Below are positions 28,063 through 38,027 of a stretch of 58,865 nucleotides of DNA, one piece after another. Numbering within the stretch: the stretch's first letter is position 1; each line of letters opens with the position of its first letter. The position numbers were made by a program, and so were the translations under genes. Origin of the DNA: Bdellovibrionales bacterium (GTDB lineage: Bacteria; Bdellovibrionota; Bdellovibrionia; Bdellovibrionales; UBA1609); NCBI GenBank assembly GCA_050246815.1, contig JBFWVI010000017.1:1-58865 (forward strand). The letters run 5' to 3'. Under the pieces are notes generated by a model. That model was given only the letters and a program-made list of their open reading frames with translations, made no database searches and had not been told where the DNA came from.

Positions 28063-28676
28063 GACTGGCAACAGGCGGGCACTTCTTCCCGAATCAATTG
28101 GGTGACTTGATTCATTTTTTCAAAAAAATTAGCTTTGCTTTCAATGATGTGACGGTTGGGATGCCCCTGCCAAGCCTTGAGAATCTTGTCGTCAATGAGC
28201 GCGGCTTCTTCGGGAGTTTCGATGCGCATAGGATTTTGATGGTTGTACCCCAGGTCAATGTCCGGGGTTCGCAGGTGGATCACCTTAAAATAGCGGGCAT
28301 ATTCGTCTTCTTGCTTGGCTGCAACGTCGCGCCAGAACTCGCCGTCTTGACCTGGCCAATAGCCCAGACCATCCACAGTTCCCCGGTCGCACAAAATAAG
28401 ACAAGCCTGGCCCTGCTGAATGGCAATATGCTCAAGCTCTTTTTGAACGCAAAATATCGCTCTTTGTGCGGCTTTTCTGCCCTCATCCGTGCGCAGGCGA
28501 AAAAAACCGCCTTTAAATAAAATGGTTGCGGCTTCCGGCAGAATCACAACATGGGGGCAAAAGATTCTTTTGGCGGCCTCTAAAATCGCCGTCTTACCGC
28601 CGCCCGGTCCGCCCGTGATCACGATCATTTTAGCAATGTGATTTTGTTTAGTGCAACGACAAAACTGTTTGCTCAT
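28059..28676 (-). CDS. AAA_28/NadR-like P-loop protein
   Basis: ITGGPGGGKT, PEAAT, CDRG. Confidence 0.8.
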   Translation of the reverse strand: MSKQFCRCTKQNHIAKMIVITGGPGGGKTAILEAAKRIFCPHVVILPEAATILFKGGFFRLRTDEGRKAAQRAIFCVQKELEHIAIQQGQACLILCDRGTVDGLGYWPGQDGEFWRDVAAKQEDEYARYFKVIHLRTPDIDLGYNHQNPMRIETPEEAALIDDKILKAWQGHPNRHIIESKANFFEKMNQVTQLIREEVPACCQS

Positions 28677-28767
28677 AACCCACCTTCATGTTCGTCTAGG
28701 ATGTCATCGATTGCCAAAATTGACCAGGGGATGCGGTGCCTTGTTTTGAGAAAATTGCAGAGCGGCT

Positions 28768-28805
28768 ATGACAAATAATCCCATGGATGCGGGACAATCT
28801 GTCCC
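28768..28805. promoter_or_regulatory. Tandem activator sites upstream of the cco operon
   Basis: atgaca-aat-aatccc (28768) and perfect gggaca-atc-tgtccc (28791-28805). Confidence 0.7.
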
Positions 28806-28834
28806 AAATGCCCCCTTGCATATCCCTTTGCCCC

Positions 28835-28861
28835 TGGCATCTTTTTGGCAAAGCTCTGGCC
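28835..28861 (+). promoter_or_regulatory. sigma54 promoter candidate(s)
   Basis: tGGcatctttttgGCa (28835) or tGGcaaagctctgGCc (28846), both GG-N10-GC. Confidence 0.5.
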
Positions 28862-28863
28862 AT

Positions 28864-31032
28864 ATGAGCAGTTATTTTACCTCACCTTCAGCACAATCCG
28901 ACTTTTCATTTCTGGATGAAGATTCGTTGAATTCGATCTATGTCAAGGGCCAGGCCCAGCAACATATTCGCTTTTTTGTCGAGGGCATCCGCTGTGCCAA
29001 ATGCCTGCGTAAAATTGAATCTCTGCCAGCCTCCATCCCAGGGTTGTACGAAGCTCGGGTCGAGATGGGTAAAAACTTGGTCCATGTGAAATTTGACCGC
29101 CAGCAAGTCAACCCCTCGCAAATCGCGGCCAAGCTGATCGGCCTCGGCTTTAAGGTCCGTGCCCTGGCCCAGGACGCCGATGTGGAACTGGCACAGCGCC
29201 TGGAGGACCGCCGGTCCTTGATCCGCTTGGCGGTGGCCGCCGCCTGCATGGGTAATATTATGGGTTTTGCCTTTGCACTTTATTTTGGCGTGCAAGGGGC
29301 CTGGTTGACGGTCTTTTCTTGGTTGAGCTTTATTTTTTACCTGCCCGTGGTCACTTTTGTGGCTTGGCCATTTTATGTGGGTGCCTGGCAAAGCCTCAAA
29401 CAAGCTCGTATCTCGATCGATCTGCCTATGGCAGTGGCTTCATTGGCAGGCTTTGTCTTTTCAACGGTTCAACTTCTTCGTGGCCACACCGATTTTTATT
29501 TTGATTCCATGAGCGGTTTTTTGTTCTTGATTCTTCTGGCCCGCTTTGTCCAAACCCGAGTCCAGCGTCGTTACTTAAGCCCCACACACAATAGCGAAGA
29601 CCTGGGCCGCGCGCGACAGATGCGGGGCCTTGACTGGAAATGGCGCCCCACCAGCCAACTTGTGCCAGGCGATGAGATCTTGGTTGAAACAGGTGAAACT
29701 GTTCCGATTGAAGGTCGGCTGCTGAGCCCGCGGGCCCATATTTCCATGGCTTGGCTGACAGGTGAATCAAAACCACGGCTTATTATGGCGGGTGCCCTTG
29801 TACCGGCCGGCGCCAAGCTATTGGGTGGCGCAATCCGAATTTCTTACACCAAACCCCTTGCCGAAACCGACTTCGGTAAAACCTTAAACGAAATCCAAAG
29901 CTTTGCCCTGACACAAAATCGCGCCATTTCAACTGCGGATCGCTGGACTCAGTGGCTGCTGGGCACGGTGTTTCTTTTGGCTTTGGCGTATCTGTTCACC
30001 CATTGGCAAGCGTCACCGGAAGAGGCCATCCACCGCAGCCTGGCCTTGATTGTAATCGCCTGCCCCTGTGCGATGGCATTTGGCACCCCACTGGCCTTAG
30101 CTTTTTCTCTCAGAAAAGCAAAAGAACGAGGCCTTTTGATCGCCGACGCCAATGTTTTTGAATCCACCACCCGCATCAAAAATGTCTTCTTCGACAAAAC
30201 AGGAACCTTAACGGACGCCGAACTGAGTTTGTCGACTCCGGTCGCACGGATACCGCTGGTGTACCAAAAAATTATCTTGGCACTTGAGAATCAATCTTAT
30301 CACCCGATCGCCTTCGCCTTTCGTAATGCCTTTTCAGATTTTGGCAAATTGCCCCCGGTCAGCATGTGGAAGGAAACTCCCGGTAGAGGGGTTTCTGGAT
30401 ACGTTTTCGGAAAGTTCTACAATCTGCAAAGCATCGCCGACTCAAAAGCACAGATGACAAGCTGCGAACTGCTGGAAGATGCGAAATTGGTGATGCGCTT
30501 TGAGTTCGAAGCCAGCCTTAAACCCGGTGCAGAACAGACGCTGAAGCGCTTGCGTCAAAACGGCCTCAGCCTGCAGCTGATTTCTGGCGACAACGAACAT
30601 GTGGCCATGAAACTTGGCCAACGCCTGGGTTTTCGGCCCGAAGAAATTCACGCCAACATGACACCGCAACAAAAAGAGTCGTTGGTGCGACAAACGCCCT
30701 TGTCGATGATGATTGGCGATGGTGTCAACGATGCCCAAGCCATGATGAGCGCGGATGTGGCTGTGGCGACATCAGGAGCCGTGGGTGCCGCGCTGAAAAG
30801 CTCGAAAGTTTATTTGGCTCAAGACGATCTCAACTCACTGCTAGACTTATTCAATATTTCAAGGGCCAGCTCGAAATTGATGCGCCAAAACCTATCACTT
30901 TCACTGATTTATAACTTGGTGGGAGCCGCCTTGGCCCTGACCGGCCACATCAATCCACTGCTCGCAGCCCTGTTGATGCCAATCAGCAGCTTTGCGATTT
31001 TACTGAACACCTGCCGAGGTGGGCAGTCGTGA
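28864..31032 (+). CDS. ccoI: cbb3 oxidase assembly copper P1B ATPase
   Basis: EGIRCAKC, CMGNIM, CPC, DKTGT, YHP, GDGVND; precedes ccoS/ccoN; start uncertain. Confidence 0.88.
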   Translation: MSSYFTSPSAQSDFSFLDEDSLNSIYVKGQAQQHIRFFVEGIRCAKCLRKIESLPASIPGLYEARVEMGKNLVHVKFDRQQVNPSQIAAKLIGLGFKVRALAQDADVELAQRLEDRRSLIRLAVAAACMGNIMGFAFALYFGVQGAWLTVFSWLSFIFYLPVVTFVAWPFYVGAWQSLKQARISIDLPMAVASLAGFVFSTVQLLRGHTDFYFDSMSGFLFLILLARFVQTRVQRRYLSPTHNSEDLGRARQMRGLDWKWRPTSQLVPGDEILVETGETVPIEGRLLSPRAHISMAWLTGESKPRLIMAGALVPAGAKLLGGAIRISYTKPLAETDFGKTLNEIQSFALTQNRAISTADRWTQWLLGTVFLLALAYLFTHWQASPEEAIHRSLALIVIACPCAMAFGTPLALAFSLRKAKERGLLIADANVFESTTRIKNVFFDKTGTLTDAELSLSTPVARIPLVYQKIILALENQSYHPIAFAFRNAFSDFGKLPPVSMWKETPGRGVSGYVFGKFYNLQSIADSKAQMTSCELLEDAKLVMRFEFEASLKPGAEQTLKRLRQNGLSLQLISGDNEHVAMKLGQRLGFRPEEIHANMTPQQKESLVRQTPLSMMIGDGVNDAQAMMSADVAVATSGAVGAALKSSKVYLAQDDLNSLLDLFNISRASSKLMRQNLSLSLIYNLVGAALALTGHINPLLAALLMPISSFAILLNTCRGGQS

Positions 31033-31190
31033 ACATTTTGGTTTTGATGATACCCATCACCTTTTTATTGAGCGCGGGTTTTTTAGCCGCATTTATTTGG
31101 GTCGTTAAGAGCGGCCAATATGACGACACCGAAACACCCGCGCACCGCATTCTTGTCGATGAAAACAAAGCTGAGGAGCAATCAACATGA
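31029..31190 (+). CDS. ccoS: cbb3 oxidase maturation protein (53 aa, missing from ORF track)
   Basis: GTG start: MNILVLMIPITFLLSAGFLAAFIWVVKSGQYDDTETPAHRILVDE...; overlaps both neighbours by 4 bp. Confidence 0.92.
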   Translation: MNILVLMIPITFLLSAGFLAAFIWVVKSGQYDDTETPAHRILVDENKAEEQST

Positions 31191-33331
31191 AATCGACCGA
31201 GCAAAACAAGTATGAAGACGTCATCTACGACGACGAGATCGTCAAGAAGTTCGCCCTGGCTACGATGGTATGGGGTGGAATCGCCTTCGTGGTGGGGCTG
31301 GTGGCCGCCCTGCAGTTGGCCTATTGGAAATTCAACTTCAATCTGGAATGGCTGAGTTTCGGACGGCTTCGCCCACTGCACACCAACGCAGCCATCTTCG
31401 CTTTCGCCGGCAACGCCATCTTCGCCGGCATTTATCACTCAAGCCAACGCCTGCTCAAAACCAGAATGTTCTCAGACGCCTTAAGCAAGATTCACTTTTG
31501 GGGTTGGCAATTAATCATCTTGGCCGCCGCGATCACCCTGCCGCTCGGCTACTCCCAGTCTAAAGAGTACGCCGAGCTGGAGTGGCCCATTGACCTATTG
31601 ATCACCCTGGTGTGGGTTGTTTTTGCGGTCAATTTTTTTGGAACTTTGGCAAAACGACGTGAAAAGCACATGTACGTGGCCATTTGGTTTTATATCGCCA
31701 CCATTATCACCGTGGCGGTTTTGCACATTGTTAATTCGATTGAAATTCCGGTTTCACTTTTTCAAAGTTACCCGGTTTACGCCGGTATCCAGGACGCCTT
31801 GGTGCAGTGGTGGTACGGGCACAACGCGGTGGCCTTCTTTTTAACTACGCCCTTTTTGGGTCTCATGTATTACTATCTGCCCAAAGCGGTCAATCGACCG
31901 GTCTACTCTTATCGACTGTCCATCATCCATTTTTGGGCTCTTGTTTTCATCTATATTTGGGCGGGGCCCCACCACTTGCTTTACACCTCACTCCCCGAAT
32001 GGGCGCAAACCCTAGGCATGGTCTTTTCATTGATGCTTTGGGCCCCTTCATGGGGCGGCATGATCAATGGTCTTTTGACCTTGCGGGGATCTTGGCACCT
32101 GCTGCGCACGGATCCGATCGTGAAGTTTTTGGTCACTGCGGTGACCTTCTATGGCATGTCGACCTTTGAAGGCCCCTTGCTTTCAATCAAATCGGTCAGC
32201 AGTCTGGCCCACTATACGGATTGGATCATCGCGCACGTGCATGGTGGTGCTCTGGGCTGGAACGGTTTTCTGACCTTTGCCATGCTCTACTATTTAGTGC
32301 CACGCTTATGGAACACCCAACTTCACAGCGTGAAGTTGGCAACCACCCACTTTTGGTTAGGTTTTTTGGGGATCATTCTTTACTACCTGTCCATGTGGGC
32401 CGCGGGCATCACCCAAGGTCTGATGTGGCGTGCGATCGATGCCAACGGCCGCTTGGTCTACCCCGATTTTGTTGAAACAGTGATGCGAATTGTACCCCTT
32501 TATTGGGTCCGCGCACTGGGTGGTTTGCTGTTCATCGCCGGCTTTTTGATCATGGTTTACAACATCTACAAAACCATCAAGTCGGCGCCCGTCAGTCACC
32601 CGCAGCGCTTAAGCGTGCTCAACACACGCCATGCACCCAGCGAGACCGGACACCGTCGGCTTGAAGGGGCCGCAACTGCCTTTTCGATACTCTCTCTCAT
32701 CGCGATCCTGGTGGGCTCGGTGATCGAGATTTATCCGACACTCTCTTTGCACAAATACATCCCTGCCAATATGCAGAGCCAGCCCTATAGCCCGCTCGAA
32801 TTGGCCGGACGCGACATCTACGTCAAAGAGGGTTGTTACGTCTGCCACTCGCAACAAATTCGTCCGCTGGCGGCGGAAATTCTTCGCTATGGCCCACCGT
32901 CAACCGTTGCCGAATCGATGTACGATCGTCCGTTTCAATGGGGCTCAAAGCGCACGGGTCCGGACTTGGCACGTGTCGGCCAGAAGTACCCCGATCTTTG
33001 GCACTACCGCCATATGATCGACCCCCGACTGGTCACGCCAAAATCAATCATGCCCGCATACCCCTGGCTGGCCTCGAAAAAGCTCGACTTTCAAATCTTG
33101 CGCAAAAAACTTTCGGTGATGCGCAATTTGGGCGTGCCTTATGACGACGAGACCGTGGCCAACGCTGACTTATTGGCCGGCAAACACGCCGCAAAAATCG
33201 CAGCGGAGCTTCACGCGCAAGGAGCACCAAAAGGATTGGACGATAAAGAAATCGTGGCCCTGATCGCCTATCTTCAAGCGCTGGGTCAAAAAAGCAAACC
33301 TGCTGCGGGTACAACCGCCCAAACGGAGTAA
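31187..33331 (+). CDS. ccoNO: cbb3 cytochrome c oxidase, fused subunits I/II
   Basis: RPLHTN, WWYGHN, GPHH, HVH; C-terminal GCYVCHSQ, WGSKRTGPDL. Confidence 0.96.
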   Translation: MKSTEQNKYEDVIYDDEIVKKFALATMVWGGIAFVVGLVAALQLAYWKFNFNLEWLSFGRLRPLHTNAAIFAFAGNAIFAGIYHSSQRLLKTRMFSDALSKIHFWGWQLIILAAAITLPLGYSQSKEYAELEWPIDLLITLVWVVFAVNFFGTLAKRREKHMYVAIWFYIATIITVAVLHIVNSIEIPVSLFQSYPVYAGIQDALVQWWYGHNAVAFFLTTPFLGLMYYYLPKAVNRPVYSYRLSIIHFWALVFIYIWAGPHHLLYTSLPEWAQTLGMVFSLMLWAPSWGGMINGLLTLRGSWHLLRTDPIVKFLVTAVTFYGMSTFEGPLLSIKSVSSLAHYTDWIIAHVHGGALGWNGFLTFAMLYYLVPRLWNTQLHSVKLATTHFWLGFLGIILYYLSMWAAGITQGLMWRAIDANGRLVYPDFVETVMRIVPLYWVRALGGLLFIAGFLIMVYNIYKTIKSAPVSHPQRLSVLNTRHAPSETGHRRLEGAATAFSILSLIAILVGSVIEIYPTLSLHKYIPANMQSQPYSPLELAGRDIYVKEGCYVCHSQQIRPLAAEILRYGPPSTVAESMYDRPFQWGSKRTGPDLARVGQKYPDLWHYRHMIDPRLVTPKSIMPAYPWLASKKLDFQILRKKLSVMRNLGVPYDDETVANADLLAGKHAAKIAAELHAQGAPKGLDDKEIVALIAYLQALGQKSKPAAGTTAQTE

Positions 33332-33334
33332 ACC

Positions 33335-33532
33335 ATGAAAGCCGAAGGACTCAAATATTTTAGCGACTCCCCGATCATGGTGATCGGGCTGCTGATTTTT
33401 GTGACCTGCTTCTTGGGGTATGTGCTGTGGGTGAACCGAAAAGGCTCTACCGATTTTTATCAAAGAATCGCATCCTTGCCGCTCAATGAACCGGATTCTG
33501 CAAAGGAGAACCACCATGTCGGACACAAATAA
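33335..33532 (+). CDS. ccoQ: cbb3 oxidase subunit CcoQ
   Basis: Single TM, ASLPL ending, position in operon. Confidence 0.8.
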   Translation: MKAEGLKYFSDSPIMVIGLLIFVTCFLGYVLWVNRKGSTDFYQRIASLPLNEPDSAKENHHVGHK

Positions 33533-34085
33533 AAACGATCCCACTCCGATGGACCATGCGTATGATGGCATACAAGAGTACGACAACCCCTTGCCCGCAT
33601 GGTGGTTGATCACGTTTTTTCTGACCATTATCTTCGGTTTCAACTACTGGATCGACGCCGAGTTCGCCGGACGTCAAACCCAGGTGCAGGAGGCCGAATC
33701 CGAAGTGGCCGCCCTACGCGCATTGAGTCCCACGACGGCTCAGCCGCAAGAAAGCGAAGATGAGTACAAACAATTGGCCGCCAGCGGCGCACTGGCCGCC
33801 CAAGGTAAGAGTGTCTATGTCGCAAAATGTGCGGCTTGCCACGGCGCTGAAGGTCAAGGTCTGATCGGACCCAATTTGACGGACGATCACTGGCTGAACG
33901 GCCGAGGTGGCTTTGTTGATGTGGCCAAAGTGGTTCGCCAGGGCGTGCTGGACAAAGGTATGCCCGCTTGGGAGACTCAAGTTAGCGCCGACGAATTAAA
34001 ACAAGTCGTGGTGTACGTGGTCAGCTTGGCCGGCACGCAGCCCGCCAACCCCAAACCTCCGCAAGGTGAGAAAGTCGCTCGCTAA
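33516..34085 (+). CDS. ccoP: cbb3 oxidase subunit III, short mono-heme form
   Basis: HAYDGIQEYDNPLPAWW, CAACHG, GPNLTD, GMPAW. Confidence 0.9.
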   Translation: MSDTNKNDPTPMDHAYDGIQEYDNPLPAWWLITFFLTIIFGFNYWIDAEFAGRQTQVQEAESEVAALRALSPTTAQPQESEDEYKQLAASGALAAQGKSVYVAKCAACHGAEGQGLIGPNLTDDHWLNGRGGFVDVAKVVRQGVLDKGMPAWETQVSADELKQVVVYVVSLAGTQPANPKPPQGEKVAR

Positions 34086-35479
34086 TGGAAACCCCCAGCC
34101 TGGAGAGATTATCGAGCCTCGACGAATGGGGGGATCGCAAACACATCATCCCCGCCAGCGTCACCGGGTATTGGAGAACCTTACGAACGCGGGTTTATTT
34201 CGTCTTGCTGATGATTTTTTTGATTGCGCCGTGGACCAAGGTCAACGGCCTGCAAACCATCTGGCTCGACATACCTGCCCGTCGTTTTACAATTTTGGGC
34301 CGAGTCTTTTTAGCGCATGAAGCACCGATGTTGTTCTTTATTTTCGGAATTTTGGTTTTGGGCCTCGCTCTGGTGACGGCTCTATGGGGGCGAGTCTGGT
34401 GTGGCTGGGCTTGTCCGCAGACTGTATTTATCGACACCATCTATCGCCGCATCGAAACTTGGATCGAAGGCGACTACATCAAAAGGCGTAAGCTTCGAAC
34501 GGCTCCCATCAACTTCGAAAAAATCTGGAAAGGCACACTGAAATGGGCCGCGTTCATTGCCGTCAGCTCTTTGATCGCCCACAGCTTTATCGCTTACTTT
34601 GCCGGCGCGGAGCCTCTTTTGAAGATGGTGCAAGCCGCACCTGGGACCAACTGGGGGTATTTTATCGTCGTGACCTTTGTCACGGCCGTCTTGGCTTTTG
34701 ATTTTGGTTGGTTTCGCGAGCAATTTTGCGTGATCATGTGCCCTTACGGCCGATTTCAATCTGTGCTGATGGATGAAGACTCCGTCACGGTCGTTTACGA
34801 CAAGGCCCGTGGCGAGCCCCGCCGCCGCAGCGTTCCCCAAGGACAAAAAATCGGCGACTGCGTGGCCTGCAACCGCTGCGTTGAAGTGTGCCCCACCGGA
34901 ATTGACATTCGCAACGGCACCCAGATGGAGTGCATCGGTTGCACGGCCTGCATCGACGCCTGCAACGAGATGATGGAGCGCGTGAAAAAGCCCACCAATC
35001 TGATTGCCTATCAAAACTTGACCAAAGCGCCAGCTCGCTGGAAGCGACCACGGGTTTTGGTGAACATTGTGCTGCTCGCCTTGATGACTCTGGGTTTGAG
35101 CGCCAATTTAGTCGGCCGCTCGACTTACTATGCCTCGGTTTTACGAGCCAAAGATGTCCCTTACCAGGTTCTGCCGAATGGCGAAGTAATCAATCATTTT
35201 AAACTGCATTTGCACAATCAATCCAATGCGAAGCAACGCTTTGAACTGGCTTTGGATCCAGAATGGATCGCCAAAGGATTGCGCTTGACCCACGCCCAGA
35301 CCAGCTACGACATCTTGCAAGGGCAAGATAAAGTCATTCACTTTTTCGTTAATTTTCCGGCTGTATTGACCGCCCAAACGGGAACGCTCAATCTAGTGCT
35401 GCAAGTCCGGGAGAACTTGTCCGCCACCACCAGTGAACTGTCGCTCAATGCCATTGGACCGCAAGCGAGCAACCCATAA
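34085..35479 (+). CDS. ccoG: cbb3 accessory 4Fe-4S protein
   Basis: GRVWCGWACPQT, CPYGRFQ, two CxxCxxCxxxC motifs. Confidence 0.93.
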   Translation: METPSLERLSSLDEWGDRKHIIPASVTGYWRTLRTRVYFVLLMIFLIAPWTKVNGLQTIWLDIPARRFTILGRVFLAHEAPMLFFIFGILVLGLALVTALWGRVWCGWACPQTVFIDTIYRRIETWIEGDYIKRRKLRTAPINFEKIWKGTLKWAAFIAVSSLIAHSFIAYFAGAEPLLKMVQAAPGTNWGYFIVVTFVTAVLAFDFGWFREQFCVIMCPYGRFQSVLMDEDSVTVVYDKARGEPRRRSVPQGQKIGDCVACNRCVEVCPTGIDIRNGTQMECIGCTACIDACNEMMERVKKPTNLIAYQNLTKAPARWKRPRVLVNIVLLALMTLGLSANLVGRSTYYASVLRAKDVPYQVLPNGEVINHFKLHLHNQSNAKQRFELALDPEWIAKGLRLTHAQTSYDILQGQDKVIHFFVNFPAVLTAQTGTLNLVLQVRENLSATTSELSLNAIGPQASNP

Positions 35480-35522
35480 TTTCTTTGCAACAGCACAAAA
35501 GACCCGGCTAAGCTAACCGCAC

Positions 35523-36248
35523 ATGTGGCAAGAATTCGCTCTTTTTATGACTTCGATTGCGGCCGCGATGGTCGCCTCGATCACCGGCTTTGGCATTGGC
35601 AGCTTGATCACGCCGCTTTTAAGTGTATCGGTTGGCACCAAACTGGCTGTGGCGTTGGTTTCAATCCCTCACTTAGTTGCAACGGCCTTGAGGTTTTGGC
35701 TGCTCAAGAGCCACGTGGACCGCCGCGTTTTGCTGATCTTCGGATCCATGAGCGCCATAGGCGGGCTGTTGGGCGCATTTTTGTACGCGCAGTTTGCCAC
35801 CCCCGCGCTGAATCTTATTTTCGGCTCCATCTTGATTTTTGCCGGTTTTATGGGCGCATCCGGCCTATCTGAAAAAATGCGCTTTCGAGGGGCTGTGGCC
35901 TTGGCCGCGGGTGCGCTTTCAGGACTTCTTGGTGGAATGGTTGGGAATCAGGGGGGCATCCGCTCGGCAGCCTTGCTGGGCTTTCAAATTTCAAAGGAAT
36001 CCTTTGTGGCCACGGCCACGGCCATCGGGTTGATCGTGGATGGGGTGCGCATGCCTATTTACATCTGGAGCGAGTGGCAAGGACTGGCCGCCAACGGCAA
36101 ATGGATCCTGCTGGCCGTTGTCGGCGTGGTTGCCGGCACACTGCTGGGCTCAAAACTTTTGAAGAGGATTGAAGAGCGCCTTTTCAAAAGGATTATTTCA
36201 AGTGTTATTTTAATTCTCGGCGTTTTTATGCTTTACCAAGGGCTATGA
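35523..36248 (+). CDS. TauE/SafE (TSUP) membrane protein
   Basis: TGFGIG..ITPLL, GGMVGNQGG, about 8 TM. Confidence 0.85.
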   Translation: MWQEFALFMTSIAAAMVASITGFGIGSLITPLLSVSVGTKLAVALVSIPHLVATALRFWLLKSHVDRRVLLIFGSMSAIGGLLGAFLYAQFATPALNLIFGSILIFAGFMGASGLSEKMRFRGAVALAAGALSGLLGGMVGNQGGIRSAALLGFQISKESFVATATAIGLIVDGVRMPIYIWSEWQGLAANGKWILLAVVGVVAGTLLGSKLLKRIEERLFKRIISSVILILGVFMLYQGL

Positions 36249-37449
36249 CCGCAGCCAAGGCCATCAACAAGAAAACAACAGTCAAGCGGCGTGAGTAAGA
36301 GCTGCGCGTGATGACCCAAGCCATACCTATTTTCGCGGTCAAAGAGGCCACCACCCCGATCAAAATAGAATCGCCCGCGGCTTCTAGTGGCATTTGCCCT
36401 TGATCAAACATAGTCGCTATTGCCAGACTCATGCCGTGTAGCTCGAAGAGTCCGGTGAAAAAAGCCGCAAGTTGAGTGGCGCCCGTTCCCAAACTTTTTT
36501 GAACTGCCGCGACCAGGGCCAAAATCACGGCCAAAAAAACCGATAAGCGCACGACCCCAGAAAAATCCAAGGGAGAGTGCAGGTCCATCGGCGTCGAAGC
36601 GCGTGGGGCCTTTCTGCCCATGAGTAAAAGTGCTCCGACCGCGACAATAAGGCTTGCGCTCACAGGCATCGCCACGCGCATAAGTAGGGGGGGCGACACC
36701 ATTGCCACAATAATCAGCAGTTCAATCAGTGCGGCCGCTTTTGCAGCAACAGCCGAAGACAACAAGGCCGAGGACTCTTTCGGTAACTGTGTGCTTTTTC
36801 TTGCCGTAGAAAGTAGCACCGCCGTGCTGGACGCGAACCCCCCTAAAAAACCTGAGATTAGAGATCCCTTCTTGGCACCAAAAATTTTCGAGAATACGTA
36901 GCCGGTAAACTCGAGGCCCGCCAAAACCAAAACTAAAAGTCCAAATTTTTTGGGGTTCAAGATGCTCCACGGATCAACGGCCCGATCTGGCAGCAAGCGC
37001 AAAACGCTGACCGCCAAAAGCATCAGCAAAATCGCAGCCTGCAACTCTGATGGACGAATGGTGGCGGTGAATCGGTGCAATGTTTTCTTTGAAAACAAAA
37101 CCAAAGCCACCACAGGCCCCAGCACCGCGCTCAGCAGTGGTTCATGGTGCGCGCCATAACCGATCACAAAGACGACTGCGGCGGCAAACTCGGTGGTCAA
37201 CCCCATGTCATCGGGCTTTTCTTTACTCGAAATAAAATAAGCAACGACGATGCTCAACAAAACGAAAATGGCGATGGCGAAACCAAAAAAAATTTCCTCT
37301 GCGCCCCCCGCCAAGGCGCCCAAAAGGGCCAAAAGCACGAAGGTCCTTACCCCCATGGTCTTTCCCAAGGGGTGGGCTTTTTCTCTCTCGATACCCACCA
37401 ACAAACCAAGTAGGCCGGCAATCAAATAGGGCGACCAATATTCCATCAA
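36226..37449 (-). CDS. MgtC/SapB-DUF4010 membrane protein
   Basis: GIERE, GVRTF, GLTTE, GGFASSTA. Confidence 0.88.
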   Translation of the reverse strand: MMEYWSPYLIAGLLGLLVGIEREKAHPLGKTMGVRTFVLLALLGALAGGAEEIFFGFAIAIFVLLSIVVAYFISSKEKPDDMGLTTEFAAAVVFVIGYGAHHEPLLSAVLGPVVALVLFSKKTLHRFTATIRPSELQAAILLMLLAVSVLRLLPDRAVDPWSILNPKKFGLLVLVLAGLEFTGYVFSKIFGAKKGSLISGFLGGFASSTAVLLSTARKSTQLPKESSALLSSAVAAKAAALIELLIIVAMVSPPLLMRVAMPVSASLIVAVGALLLMGRKAPRASTPMDLHSPLDFSGVVRLSVFLAVILALVAAVQKSLGTGATQLAAFFTGLFELHGMSLAIATMFDQGQMPLEAAGDSILIGVVASLTAKIGMAWVITRSSYSRRLTVVFLLMALAAVIALGKA

Positions 37450-38000
37450 GGCGCTTTCTCAAGAAGCTGAATATTGGTCTTGGCCCTAGTCAAAATTTGG
37501 AACAGACGACGGCGACGCAAAATGGGCCACCACTCATAAAGCAGCAGGTTTAACGGCCGCCAAAGCGCAACCCATCCCAAAATTTGCAAACCCTGCTTTA
37601 GAACTTCCATGACCAGACTGTTCTGCTCGTGTAAAAGCAGACCGGCTGCCTGACACGCCAACAAAAACAAAAGACCTAAGGCCGCCGCCCAGCGGGCCTC
37701 ACTGAATAAAGCGCGAAGCTCCCCTTGGACCGATTCAACTTCGAATTCAAAATATTCGTGAATCGCCTGTTCAACGTCACTGGGGCTAAAATGCTTCATT
37801 TCAGAACCGGCGATTTGTAGATTTAAGTGAACTTCACGAATCTCGGGCGCCTCTTTGACGGCGACAATCAGATAGCGGGCGAAATCGTCATCCAAATCTT
37901 TTTCGCGAAATGGCGATGGATCACGCAAATCAAAGATTTGATCCAGACTTTTCAGAGTCAAAGAGATAAAGAGGCCGGAACCCTGAATTTGAAATGCCAT
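37446..38000 (-). CDS. Conserved hypothetical membrane protein
   Basis: DPSPFREKDLD, two TM, GWVALWRP..LLYEWWP. Confidence 0.7.
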   Translation of the reverse strand: MAFQIQGSGLFISLTLKSLDQIFDLRDPSPFREKDLDDDFARYLIVAVKEAPEIREVHLNLQIAGSEMKHFSPSDVEQAIHEYFEFEVESVQGELRALFSEARWAAALGLLFLLACQAAGLLLHEQNSLVMEVLKQGLQILGWVALWRPLNLLLYEWWPILRRRRLFQILTRAKTNIQLLEKAP

Positions 38001-38027
38001 GCAGCTTGGCCCCCAGCTGCTTGACTA

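Noticed and set aside
28677..28863. FNR/FixK box upstream of cco; ATG 28768 as ccoI start
   Set aside because: No TTGAT-N4-ATCAA seen, and the extension overlaps the regulatory palindromes.
36226..36248. 23-bp tail-to-tail overlap of the TauE and MgtC genes
   Set aside because: Ordinary convergent overlap; both proteins look complete.
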